64,000 bases of DNA from Haliotis cracherodii. Its lineage: Eukaryota. The position numbers and the translations under genes were made by a program. Below are positions 38,693 through 51,713 of this stretch, in pieces. The first letter of the stretch is position 1. Each line of letters opens with the position of its first letter. The stretch spans positions 744,001 through 808,000 of the forward strand of contig NW_027266297.1 of assembly GCF_022045235.1 (NCBI RefSeq), read 5' to 3'. The notes below the pieces were generated by a model. The model was given only the letters and a program-made list of their open reading frames with translations, ran no database searches and was not told the DNA's origin.

Positions 38693-41600
38693 TCACAACT
38701 TGGCCCGTGTTTTACTCATGAGTTTCTCCAGCTTCATGGCCATGCCCATGTCTCCCTTGATCTTCAGCTTGCCGGACATGAAGGCGTTGGTGGCGTTCAG
38801 CTGGCCTGCAAACATCTTGTTGAAGTCGTCACTGTCCAGCGTCATGGTGCACTGGGAGCCGTCCGGAGCCTCCCCCTCCCCCACAGACCCCTCCCCCGTC
38901 TTCAGATCGAGGTACCAGCTGCCTTCATGGGCTCCTGCAAAGGTCAGTCATAGTCAGTGGTGAAGTGTTGAAAGGTTAATGAATAAACTGCAAGTGGTTC
39001 TGTGCCATTTGATTAGCTAACCAAGCAATTTGTGTTTCCATACACACACCCTCCACCCAAAAGGCCACTGTTGTATCCTGACTGGCTGATAACGGAATGG
39101 GCAGGGCACGTGCTGCATTACTGCGCTGAACGATGTCAATGATTACATGTATATTGTTTTGTGTTCATGGTTAAATGTGCTGCCTGGGAAGTTTCATGTG
39201 ATGCTTTTGCATAAATAGAGTTATAAATTGTCAATGTTACATATTTCAGTAATATGGTGTGTCACATTGATCATATTAGAGGAAAGGTCAAAGTTCACCA
39301 CTATGAGTCATACAGCAATGCCATTAAAATCTGATCTTCGTTCTCGCCACGGCTAAGCAAAGATCTGAGAACATCCTATAATAGGTCACGCCACCTTACG
39401 CAGTCAAATTACAAAAAATGACAAGTTAACATTTGCCTATAAGAAAGCAGTTTTCTGGAGCTTTACAACACTAGTACCAAACTGTGGACTTCCATATCTG
39501 ATGACGATTTGAAAAATATTCTGACAAAGTTCACGATTCAAACTGAAAACTGAAACAAAGAAAATTCTGGAATGTCTAATTGATGCCTGAGATTGTACAG
39601 CAGTACTTCCCACGAGCTATGGAAAGTCTCTTCCATTTCAAACGTTAATCCCATTAAAATGAGAGATAGACGATGATTTGGCGGAATCTGTCGTACAGCC
39701 CATAAAAAAAACCTGTCACTCAGAATACCCAGAGTTTACCTTTTCGAGGTTGCATGACATGAGAACATTGTGACTGTCACTTTCTTGATCTGGTAAGTGA
39801 CGCTCTTTGGTTACAGATGATTTAATGAGACTGGGCACACTGTGGTTGAAGGGAAATGTGACAGTAAGCCCTATTGAGAGTAAAACGTCAACCCTTCACT
39901 CCAGCATCTACAAACCACTGCCTTCACTCCAGCATCTACAAACCACTGCCTTCACTCCAGCATCTACAAACCACCGTCCTCGTCACACATCGCTGTGATC
40001 AGAGTCTCAAGATGCAGGCGGCAAGACACCTACTGTTTTATCATGTTGTAAGTGGCCGGCAAGATTGTGGCCGGCACCTACGGTAACTCACATGACTGGA
40101 TAATGGACCCTTGGTCTAACTGTATCATACTATCAGATTTAACTTGTTTTGTGACAGGTGATAAGATGAAGCTAGTCCAAGAAGTTATCAAGTCATATTC
40201 TGCAATACATTCCAAAATTAGTTAAATGTAAATATCTTTTACATTTGTACACTTATCCTGCATTACTCCTTACTGCATTCACTGCTCACCTTATGACAAG
40301 AAGAAGGAACAGCGTAATGGCGATGTTTCTGGGTGAAGAAATAAACAGCATGTAACTAGACGTGGGCTTCAGACTCGTGGCCAAGTCCAAGGCGGATACG
40401 ATCAGGTGTAAATTCGTGGCACTCCTAGTTAGTGTACGAACCTGTGAGTTTGAACTGGAAGATGCCATTTACACTGTCAACCAGGTCCTTGCCGAGCATT
40501 GACTCAATCATCTGGAATGTTTGGCCGGGGTTGCCAGCGCCCCCTGATGGCGAGGCTGCAAACTTGGGCTTGAGTCCCTGCTGGGCCATTTGGTCGTGCA
40601 GGCTCTCCGGGGTCTTGCCGTCCAGGAAGAAGTCCGGCAACAGCTGGGATCCTGAAACATCCAGATATACAGTCCTGAATGAAGGGCCCCTGTATCATGT
40701 GGAAGCTGACACGGACATAGGAACAACCCAACTCAGTGAGTGAGTGAGTGAGTGATGACACATGCTAGTTGTGACACAAGCAATGATTGAAAAGAAATGG
40801 TCAAATATGACAACAGGTCAAACAACTGCACAAACAACGGCTGTATGGACAGATCTGCCCTGTCGTTACCTGGCACGCAGGAGTACTGGTCGATGTCTTT
40901 AACTCCCGCTTCAGCAAGGACCTCGTCGTCAATGGCGAAGTTGCCGGTGTAAGACTTGCTGTCTTTGCACAGCATCACATATGCGGCATCGCTCATGATG
41001 TCTGCCTTTCGACACTGAGTGGCCACACCGTCTCCCCCACCCAGCATCTCCATAGCTGCAGTCAGGATGGCTGAAATGACATATTGATATCTGAGAAACA
41101 AACAGACAGACAGTCTCCATCAAGAATCATATATTCATTAATATTTGTCACTATGTTATACTTTGGACAAGCTTTTATGACATTTGAGGTTTCCTAACAC
41201 TGCCATAACACATTCACCCTTACAGTACAACAGACAGGTGTCGAGACTCGGCGTTTATAATAACATCGAAAGTGTCTGATATACATGTATCAACATGATC
41301 ACCATAGGAAACATGATCTATAAGTATTAAGTGTATCATAATGAGGTAAGTATCATATCGTAGATAAGAGTCAAGTTGTTTCATATTATGAGGTAAGTAT
41401 CAAGCTGTTTCATATTGTAGATAATTGTCAAGTTGTTTCATATTATGAGGTAAGTATCAAGCTGTTTCATATCGTAGATAAGTGTCAAGTTGTTTCATAT
41501 CATGAGGTAAGCATCAAGATGTTTCATATCGTAGATAAGTGTCAAGTTGTTTCATATCATGAGATAAGCATCAAGCTGTTTCATATCGTAGATAATTGTC

Positions 41601-44600
41601 AAGTTGTTTCATATTATGAGGTAAGTGTCAAGATGTTTCATATCGTAGATAAGTGTCAAGTTGTTTCATATCATGAGGTAAGCTTCAAGCTGTTTCATAT
41701 CGTAGATAATTGTCAAGTTGTTTCATATCGTAGATAAGTGTCAAGTTGTTTCATATCATGAGGTAAGGTTCAAGCTGTTTCATTTTGTAGATAAGTGAAA
41801 ATCTGTTTCATATCGAGAGGTAAGTGTCAAGCTGTTTCATATCGTGAAGTAAGCCTCAAGCTGTTTCATATCGTGAAGTAAGCCTCAAGCTGTTTCATAT
41901 CGTGAGGTAAGTGTCAAGCTGTTTCATATCGAAAGGTAAGTGTCAAGCTGTTTCATATCGAGAGGTAAGTGTCAAGCTGTTTCAATCATGAAGTAAGCCT
42001 CAAGCTGTTTCTTATCGAGAGGTAAGGGTCAAGCTGTTTGATATCGTAGATAAGTGTCAAGTTGTTTCATATCATGAGGTAAGTATCAAGCTGTTTCATA
42101 TCGTAACTAATTGTCAAGTTGTTTCATATCATGAGGTAAGCGTCAAGCTGTTTCATATTGTAGATAAGAGTCAAGTTGTTTCATATCATTTGTAAGCGTC
42201 AAGCTGTTTCATATTGTAGATAATTGTCAAGTTGTTTCATATTATGAGGTAAGTATCAAGCTGTTTCATATCGTAGATAAGTGTCAAGTTGTTTCATATC
42301 ATGAGGTAAGCGTCAAGATGTTTCATATCGTAGATAAGTGTCAAGTTGTTTCATATCATGAGGTAAGCTTCAAGCTGTTTCATATCGTAGATAATTGTCA
42401 AGTTGTTTCATATCGTAGATAAGTGTCAAGTTGTTTCATATCATGAGGTAAGGTTCAAGCTGTTTCATATTGTAGATAATTGTCAAGTTGTTTCATATTA
42501 TGAGGTAAGTATCAAGCTGTTTCATATCGTAGATAAGTGTCAAGTTGTTTCATATCATGAGGTAAGCATCAAGATGTTTCATATCGTAGATAAGTGTCAA
42601 GTTGTTTCATATCATGAGATAAGCATCAAGCTGTTTCATATCGTAGATAATTGTCAAGTTGTTTCATATTATGAGGTAAGTGTCAAGATGTTTCATATCG
42701 TAGATAAGTGTCAAGTTGTTTCATATCATGAGGTAAGCTTCAAGCTGTTTCATATCGTAGATAATTGTCAAGTTGTTTCATATCGTAGATAAGTGTCAAG
42801 TTGTTTCATATCATGAGGTAAGGTTCAAGCTGTTTCATTTTGTAGATAAGTGAAAATCTGTTTCATATCGAGAGGTAAGTGTCAAGCTGTTTCATATCGT
42901 GAAGTAAGCCTCAAGCTGTTTCATATCGTGAAGTAAGCCTCAAGCTGTTTCATATCGTGAAGTAAGCCTCAAGCTGTTTCATATCGAGAGGTAAGTGTCA
43001 AGCTGTTTCATATCGAAAGGTAAGTGTCAAGCTGTTTCATATCGAGAGGTAAGTGTCAAGCTGTTTCAATCATGAAGTAAGCCTCAAGCTGTTTCTTATC
43101 GAGAGGTAAGGGTCAAGCTGTTTGATATCGTAGATAAGTGTCAAGTTGTTTCATATCATGAGGTAAGTATCAAGCTGTTTCATATCGTAACTAATTGTCA
43201 AGTTGTTTCATATCATGAGGTAAGCGTCAAGCTGTTTCATATTGTAGATAAGAGTCAAGTTGTATCATATTATGAGGTAAGTATCAAGCTGTTTCATATC
43301 GTAGATAAGTGTCAAGTTGTTTCATATCATGAGGTAAGCGTCAAGCTGTTTCATATTGTAGATAAGAGTCAAGTTGTTTCATATCATTTGTAAGCGTCAA
43401 GCTGTTTCATATTGTAGATAATTGTCAAGTTGTTTCATATTATGAGGTAAGTATCAAGCTGTTTCATATCGTAGATAAGTGTCAAGTTGTTTCATATCAT
43501 GAGGTAAGCGTCAAGATGTTTCATATCGTAGATAAGTGTCAAGTTGTTTCATATCATGAGGTAAGCTTCAAGCTGTTTCATATCGTAGATAATTGTCAAG
43601 TTGTTTCATATCGTAGATAAGTGTCAAGTTGTTTCATATCATGAGGTAAGGTTCAAGCTGTTTCATTTTGTAGATAAGTGAAAATCTGTTTCATATCGAG
43701 AGGTAAGTGTCAAGCTGTTTCATATCGTGAAGTAAGCCTCAAGCTGTTTCATATCGTGAGGTAAGCCTCAAGCTGTTTCATATCGAGAGGTAAGTGTCAA
43801 GCTGTTTCATATCGAGAGGTAAGTGTCAAGCTGTTTCATATCGAGAGGTAAGTGTCAAGCTGTTTCATATCGTGAAGTAAGCCTCAAGCTGTTTCATATC
43901 AAGAGGTAAGTGTCAAGCTGTTTCATATCGAGAGGTAAGTGTCAAGCTGTTTCATATCGAGAGGTAAGTGTCATGCTGTTTCATATCGAGAGGTAAGTGT
44001 CAAGTTGTTTCATGTCGTGAAGTAAGCCTCAAGCTGTTTCTTATCGAGAGGTAAGGGTCAAGCTGTTTCATATCGAGAGGTAGGCTCAAGCTGTTTCATA
44101 TCGTGAGGTAAGTGTCAAGCTGTTTCATATCATGAGGTAAGTGTCAAGCTGTTTCATATCGTGAAGTAAGCCTCAAGCTGTTTCTTATCGAGAGGTAAGC
44201 GTCAAGCTGCACTGATGTTTTTGCGTTGATGATGACATTCGAGCAGTTACTGTCAGGGAGTGGGGCCAGCAGATCCCTGACAGGGCTCCCTGACATGACA
44301 GAGGTGTCTCAGGCTCCCTGATACAGGTGAATCCTTCACATACCTGTTCTTGGCCACAGCGCATTCACTGCCACACCGTCAGCTTTAAACTCTTCCGCCA
44401 TCCCCAGCACACACATGGACATGCCATACTTGGCCATCGTGTAGGCTGGAACAAACAGCTAAACTAACCAACAGATATATTGTGATGACAAATGTTTTGT
44501 TTGTTTGTTTCTTGTTTAATGCCACACTCAGCAATATTCCAGCTATATGGCGGTGGTCTGTAAATAATCAAGTCTGGACCCGACAATCCAGTGATTGACA

Positions 44601-47600
44601 TCATGAGCATTGATCTACGCAACTGGGATATGATGACATGCATCAACCAAGTCAGCGATCCTGACCACCCAATCTCGTTAGTCGCTGAATTGCTGAAGAT
44701 CAATTCTAACCTAGGCCTTCACTGGTGAGAAATGTTTTGAACATGTTGAATATGCAGTGCCACCAACTTTCTCAACTAGATATATATCGCTCAAGACAAT
44801 ATAACAGCCATTGGCTGGATGTGTGTTTACGAGAATCATTATTTGACCAAATGTCAAGGTCAGATGAATCACCATGTCAGAAGACAACATGAGTGAGTGA
44901 GTGAGTGACTTGGGTTTAATGCTGCTTTGTATTTCAACCCCAGTGTGTCAGTTTACCCATGGCAAAAAACAGATCACAATGTTTCAGTTGGAGCATTGGC
45001 GGCAGCTACAATTTGTTCATCTTCCTGAGGCAAGAGAGTTCACTGACTAAAAAAAGTCCAGTTTCCACCCTTGCCGAAACTAGGCTGGTATTATGGAGTT
45101 AAATGTTGGCTGGACTAACGAGTCTATGCACAGTCTAATCAAGTTCGCGCACTGAAATCGAAATCCGGTTCATACACTGCCGTGTAGATTACGGTCAATT
45201 GCATTATTTGCAAAGCATGTGCACCGCCAACTCGTTGTCAACAGATATTTTCCAAATCTTTTCATGTTTTTAATCAAGGTGCTCACGTGATTTGATGCAC
45301 TTTGCGATGTAAGACCCATTTTATCACAACATAGATCTTGATTATCGATCAGATCATCTTGACTGGGTGCCACCATTTTGTGTGAAGCAAACGCAAGTGA
45401 TATGAGAGGTGGAATCTGATTGGTCCATAGGAGAGGATTAGAAGGGACATAACTGGTAATGGCCACTGGTGGCGCTACGATCGAGCCCAGTAATTCCAAC
45501 CTAGTTCGGCAAGGGTGGAAACTGGACTTTTATAGTCAGTTAACTCTCTTGCCCTGGGAAGATGCAATTTGTTGTGCAGAGTTGTCTCCCTGTAGTGTGC
45601 CATGACCATGTGTTGAAAGGTTTTAATCTCAGAACCTTGGTGTGTCAGCACCCTATCCATGTTTGTGAGTATTAAGTATTAAACATCCACAACCTGTTTC
45701 ACAGTTAGCTGACACACAGTGATTGCCCGGAAGCCGCCTGTCTAACAACTTTCACCCTTACCAACATGTCCCTTGAACCACAGGGGGTTGAGGTTGAGCG
45801 GTGGGCTGAGGTTCAGGATGTGTGGGTTGTTGCCCTTCTTCAGATAAGGCAGACACACTCGAGAACTGAATGAGAAATAATACTTCAACATCAAGCTCAT
45901 TGCCTCAATGTATGTTAAACTCAATAATAGGCTAACTACCTACAGGGGAACCTTGATGACCCAAACAGTGCAATTCTGGTGACATTGTTAACATTAGAAA
46001 ATGTCCTGATTATAGAATCTAGGTATGTAATAACACATTTCTGTGTTTCACTGTTTCCATTTGTGTTTACTTAATCTCGGACTCCAAACTCAAAGGCAGG
46101 ACCATAGGGAAGACATTGTGATATTGTTGCTTAAACGAAAACAATGCCATAGTCAACAGTTGTGGGAAAACAATCTTAACAAAACACTTTGGTCTGCATC
46201 TACAAGCCGACATGCTAAACTGGAGACAGAATTAATCAAAAATATTCAAATTGTAAATTTGTTTTCTTCTGTTTCAAATCATGTATCTGGGTGGAGGAAC
46301 AATTGCCATGGTAACATGCCATTACAGGAGAAACAGGTCAGTGAAAGCAGCATCACTCTGCCAGCATTTTTAGCATCACCTGTGTGGAACCCATTTGTTT
46401 AAAGACACCAGGACTGTTTTTCATGTCAGACATTTAAACATTGCTTCTAATGCCACCTAATTCTCACTGGTCTGCTGCTGAGTTGCAAAACCCATACAAG
46501 TCCCCCGACACAGACATTGTGACGTCTTGCTGGGATGTCACGAGCTTGCAACCCAACAACTGACTGTTGTCACACTTTGGTTACACACAACAGCTTACTA
46601 TAGATTTCATTGTTACACAAAACACTTCCTCAAATAATAATTGATAAATGAAAGTAAGTATCGATCAATTCGATCCATGTGACACAAGTTTGGTGTTTAG
46701 GACATTACGAGCTGTCCATGTGACATCACCTTGTGACATCGCCTTGTGACATCACCTTGTGACAACACCTTGTGACATCGCCTTGTGACATCGCCTACAC
46801 CTTGTGACATCACCTTGTGACATCGCCTACACCTTGTGACATCACCTACACCTTGTGACATCGCCTACACCTTGTGACATCGCCTACACCTTCTAGTGAC
46901 ATCGCCTACACCTTCCAGTGACATCGCCTACACCTTCCAGAGACATCACCTAGTGACATCGCCTTGTGACATCACCTACACCTTCCAGTGACATCACCTT
47001 GTGACATCGCCTACACCTTCTAGTGACATCGCCTACACCTTGTGACATCGCCTACACCTTCTAAGGACATCGCCTACACCCTGTGACATCGCCTACACCT
47101 TCCAGTGACATCGCCTACACCTTCTAGAGACATCACCTTGTGACATCACCTACACCTTCAAGAGACATCGCCTACACCTTCTAGTGACATCACCTTGTGA
47201 CATCGCCTACACCTTCTAGTGACATCACCTTGTGACATCCCCTACACCTTCTAGTGACATCGCCTACACTTTCTAGTGACATCACCTTGTGACACTGACT
47301 ACACCTTCTAGAGACATCTTGTGACATGGCCTACACCTTCTAGTGATATCGCCTTGTGACTTCGCCTACACCTTCTAGAGACATCACCTTGTGACATCGC
47401 CTACACCTTCTAGTGACATTGCCTACACCTTCCAGTGACTTTGCCTCCACCTTCTAGTGACATCACCTACACCTAGTGACATCACCTTCTTGTGACATCG
47501 CCTACACCTTCTACTGACACCACCTACACCTTCAAGTGACATTGCCTATACCTTCTAGTGACAACGCCTACACCTACAAGTGACATCACCTTCTTGTGAC

Positions 47601-50600
47601 AACGCTTACACCTTCTAGTGACATCGCCTACACCTTCTAATGACATCGCCTACACCTTCTAGTGACATTGCCTCCACCTTCTAGTGACACCGCCTACACC
47701 TTCTAGTGACATTGCCTACACCTTCTAGTGACATTGCCTACACCTTCTTGTGACATCGCCTCCACCTTCTGATGACATCGCCAGCATCTCACCACATGTA
47801 GGTTCCTCGTGCATTGATCCCATTCATCAGGTCGTATTTCTTCATGGGAGTCTCTAGAGTGCCCGTCAGACTAATAGCACTGGCGTTGTTCACCAAGATG
47901 TCGATGCCACCAAACTTTTTGACTGTCTCTTCCACGGCCTTGACAACGGACTCCTCGTACCGGATGTCTACTACACACGGCAGACACTTCCCGCCAGCCG
48001 CCTCCACTGAAACCACAACATGAATCATGACAACACCACATACAGTGAAACCAGCAGTAGAAACTAACATTATGTCCACTAGTCCTCATAATGATAATAT
48101 ATAGCAAAATCCCTGGCAAATACCTACTAGTCCTTATGATACGCTTAATTATTGGGCACTTTGGCAAGGACTATAGGACTAGTGCCAATTTCTACCACTG
48201 GAAACCACAAGATGATTCATGAACATATAAAGTATTTCACAAACTGGGACTCATGTTGACATTCCAGTTTTATTTGAAATAAAGTATTGATTGAAAGAGA
48301 TATTTAGGAAGATGCATGCCGTTTTAATCATGTTTATGCCCTATGAAGTACAAAAATCATGCAAAACTATCCCGAATTAAGTATCACGATAACAATATAT
48401 ATAATTGGGATATCACGATACAAAAATCTCCCAGGATAAATAGTTCAAAGCTTATGAACTTTGGCTTACTATAGACGGTTCACATTTGCAAGTAATAAAA
48501 TATTGAAGAAGACAAATAGTGACTAGGCTTGCGAAATAGTCAAGTCTTGCATTGTCCAAGATTTCTTCATCTTTAAGAATTCTTTAAAAAAAATGCTAAC
48601 ACAGTTCCTCATTCTTTTGTTGTACCTTCTTTGGCAGCGGTGTAAATGGTGCCAGGCAGCTTTGGGTGTGGTTCGGCTGTCTTGGCTGCAATAACGATGT
48701 TGGCTCCATCTCGGGCAGCCTTCAGAGCAATGGCTTTACCAATACCCCGACTAGCCCCTGTGATGAAGATTGTCTTCCCAACCAATTTCCTGTAAGCATA
48801 CAGAACATAACTTCAGATCAAATTTGTTTATATGTTGTTTGATGCCAAGCTCAGCAATATTCCATCTGTATGGTGGTCTGTAAACAATCGAGTCTTGACA
48901 AGACAACCAAGTGATTGACATCCTGAGCATTGATCAACGCAATTGGGATACCATGACATGTGTAGCAGGGTGTGGAGTCATCTCACAGACAACATCGGGT
49001 CAACTGCAGTATTTGGGTCCCCACTTCGGGGGTTTCCGTAAGGCAACCGCTGCCTTTGGCAGTTTCAGTACAGAAGCTGCGGAAGGCAGCTTCGCTTACA
49101 TATAAGCGCGCACGATAAGCGTATATATAAGCATGCCGAAATCCGTTAGGAGACATATTTTAGCAAAAAGGACCCCAAAAATGAGCTGGACGTGAAAAGT
49201 ATGGTCTAAAACTCCGCCCCTGTGGGGTCGAGAGTTTTACGATAGAAAGTGAAGCCGAATTATTGTACTGTCAACTTCTTGTTGTTTGTGGGCGGGACAT
49301 AAATGACGTAAGACGTCACGTGTCTGATCATGTGACTTTCCTTATATGGACTCGTTACTACGAAAGCAACTTCGCTCATAACTTGTAAATTCATAAAGTG
49401 TGGCTTGTACAAATAAACAGAGTCGACTTGGCGTACAGTGAAGACATCTTTGCATAGGTATGGGGCGAATGCGGGAATGTATGACAATCATTTTGTTCAA
49501 AACATTATCAGAAAAGAAATATTTCAGTTGTTCAATTGATCAGTTTCTAAGTTCACCGGCCGTGTTTACATTTATTAAACTTAGGAAGCAAAATGATCGT
49601 TTAAGAAAAAGATGAAAAAGAAGCAGAAAAAGCAGAGCTAGGTCTATATGGATCCACAGACTTAGGTCCTAGAATCTATATGACAGTCAAAACGAATTCA
49701 ACGTTTCAAATGATTTGTTTGAATGAGAAAGTATCTATCGATGATCATTTTCCTATGAAAATTCACATGCTTTCATGAATGAAGTTATACCATATTGCGA
49801 TTTATTTGAAAATGGGGGATCCTCCCCCTTTACCCCCTGTATTTTTCTTTAAAAATGTCATCAAGGTGGGGTTGTACCTGCCTTGAACCCCGCTGTGTTG
49901 TTCCCCAAACAAAATATATTGTTTAAGTAACAGAATGAACTTACCGTCGTGCGATTTATTTGATAAAAGGGGGGTGTAATCCCCCTTTACCCCCCATTTT
50001 TACTTTAATATTTCGACAAGGAGGGACAAACCCCCCTTGTACCCCCCGTGTGTTGTCTGTGTAAGAAAATACTGAACTGCAGACAGCGTTCGGTAGAAAA
50101 ATGGCGGCCAACAAATCCTCTCGCTTCGACTGTAAATAACGAACTGCGCATGGGTGGAACGTTTTTCATTCGACAACTTCTGTAATTACGTAAAAACGTT
50201 CCTTCCGAAGTGGGGACCCAAATACTGCAGTCTACCCGACAACATCCTTACCTTGTCAGCTTGCTGACGGTGTTAACCTCTTTTGTCATGTGGACAAGGC
50301 GTCCGACTTCTGATCAGAAGGTCTGTGGTTCGAATCCCATCATGGGAATCGGAAATTTTATAGTCGCTACACATGCATAAACCGAATCACCGTGCCTGAA
50401 CACCCAATACTGTGAGGACCACTATTCTAACCCAGATCTCCACTGGAGGAGACAAGCATGGGTTGCTGAAGACCACTCTTCTAACCCAGATCTTCATGGG
50501 AGGAGACAAGCAGGGGTTGCTGAAGACCACTATTCTAACCCAGATCTTCAGGGGCAGAGACAAGCATGGGTTGCTGAAGACCACTATTCTAAACCAATCC

Positions 50601-50867
50601 AGATTAAAGCTGCACACAATATTCTGTGATGACTCTTACAGCAGAAGTTTTATAACTGACTTAAGGTGTCAGACAACAGCATGCATCAGTGCTCATGCTC
50701 TCAATCTGCTGTCTGCTGCTGACAGGTTTCAAAATGAAAAAAAGACGAGCAATGCAGTGCAGGCCACATCAACGTCACAGTCACAGTCACAGTCACAGTC
50801 ATCACAAACACCATGTATGAACCTAGGATTGAAACAAATGGAACAATTACCCTGTGTTTGCTGCCAT
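38693..50867 (-). CDS. HSDL2: Hydroxysteroid dehydrogenase-like protein 2 (SDR plus C-terminal SCP2 domain, PTS1 AKL), 417 aa. Exons complement(50851-50867, 48626-48789, 47793-48006, 45762-45865, 44344-44445, 40870-41070, 40442-40651, 38693-38934)
   Basis: MAANTG-KLVGKTIFITGASRGIGKAIALKAARDGANIVIAAKTAEPHPKLPGTIYTAA...GGIDILVNNASAISLT...HILNLSPPLNL...YTMAKYGMS...LPDFFLD...AFMSGKLKIKGDMGMAMKL..RAKL*. GT-AG junctions in phase; AATAAA(-) at 38249-38254. Confidence 0.97.
41340..44210. repeat. 28/29-bp (57-bp dimer) satellite with ~1-kb higher-order duplications, HSDL2 intron 5
   Basis: TCAAGCTGTTTCATATCGTAGATAAGTG / TCAAGTTGTTTCATATCATGAGGTAAGCA. Marker variant GATAAGTGAAAATCTG recurs at ~41790, ~42845 and ~43673. 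Confidence 0.97.
44495..44725 (-). mobile_element. SINE-like family A copy
   Basis: Reverse complement of family A, tail to head. Confidence 0.85.
45018..45564. mobile_element. MITE with ~75-bp TIRs and 9-bp TSD (Mutator-like)
   Basis: TIR CATCTTCCTGAGGCAAGAGAGTTCACTGACTA..AAAGTCCAGTTTCCACCCTTGCCGAA and its reverse complement ending GGAAGATG. TSD CAATTTGTT at 45009-45017 and 45565-45573. Confidence 0.88.
46720..47782. repeat. Mixed 13/22-bp minisatellite (GTGACATCGCCTACACCTTCTA)
   Basis: Direct periodicity; ends ~10 nt from the HSDL2 exon-3 donor. Confidence 0.95.
48961..50371 (+). mobile_element. 161-bp solo-LTR-like element containing a tRNA-Arg-derived segment (interrupted by a MULE)
   Basis: Termini TGTAGC...GCTACA. 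4-bp TSD CATG (48957-48960, 50372-50375). Internal GTGGACAAGGCGTCCGACTTCTGATCAGAAGG...GGTTCGAATCC. Confidence 0.8.
48997..50237. mobile_element. Non-autonomous Mutator-like element, 1241 bp
   Basis: TIR GGGTCAACTGCAGTATTTGGGTCCCCACTTCGG ... CCGAAGTGGGGACCCAAATACTGCAGTCTACCC. Perfect 9-bp TSD GACAACATC (48988-48996, 50238-50246). Confidence 0.9.
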
Positions 50868-51713
50868 TTTGAGGTGCACCAAGGTAGCGTGTAAGCGAAC
50901 TGTAGTTCAACCGTGTTATTTAGTCGACTGTGCACACCACACGACGGTAGATACTAAACTGCTGAACTTTGGACTGTCTGCTAGCTACCGGAAGTGAGTA
51001 GTGAAATGTTAAAAAGTTAAACCTTCCCAGGAAAATGAAAAATAAATTGCATATGTAAATAATGAATAAATCATTCATACCTTCTAAATATGCTTTACAT
51101 CTGCAATATTCAATCAGATTATATTTGATAAACATACTAATGTTAACAACAATATGATTTTGGGACATTCATTGTATTATCATTTCGATTTAAATCTCCC
51201 GATCTAGTTTTGGATGTGTGGTATAAACAAATGGCATGTGCTTGTTTGACAGGGAAAATAATTGTGGTTTTGGACTTTGATCAGCCTTGGAACTAGGTTG
51301 AGTGTCTGATATAAGACCAAGGTATGTGTCCTCCATTAAACGGCTGACAAGTTATGATGGCACGATCAGTCAAAAAGGGATAGCAGATAAATGCTTCTTG
51401 ATAACATCAACAATTTTCAAAATATATGTTTACAGATACATGTATTTATTTATAGAGATCAAATCGATCAGTACATCACTATGTAATCTGTAGTTTACTA
51501 AGATGAATAAATACTGATGCACGTTCATAACTTAATTAATCAGACAATATTATTATAAATTAGAGTTACCACCATTTACCCTAATGCAATCTTTTGGAGC
51601 AAGAAGTGATGGTGTCAAACAGAAACAGATTTTAAAGAATTTTCCATAGAATATTCCAGGAAATCTTTCAGGAACTGATTCAGTAAAGTTATTATGCAGG
51701 TGAGCGTGTGGAG
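50868..51713. promoter_or_regulatory. Bidirectional promoter HSDL2/thiolase; probable thiolase 5'UTR exon ending ~50993
   Basis: ETS/GABP-type CCGGAAGT at 50988-50995 overlapping donor-like GTGAGT. Acceptor TGCAG at 51699, just before ATG 51714. Confidence 0.55.

Larger units (their letters stand above)
48833..50595 (-). mobile_element. SINE-like family A copy split by a solo LTR (halves 48833-48960 and 50376-50595; 54-bp head repeated ~3 times)
   Basis: The rejoined GGGATACCATGACATG|CATAAACCGAATCACCGTGCCTGA matches the intact copy at 44625 (GGGATATGATGACATGCATCAACCAAGTCAGCGATCCTGA). Confidence 0.85.

Noticed and set aside
50290-50350. Functional tRNA-Arg gene
   Set aside because: 5' acceptor strand is missing, stems are mismatched, and it is embedded in an LTR-like element.
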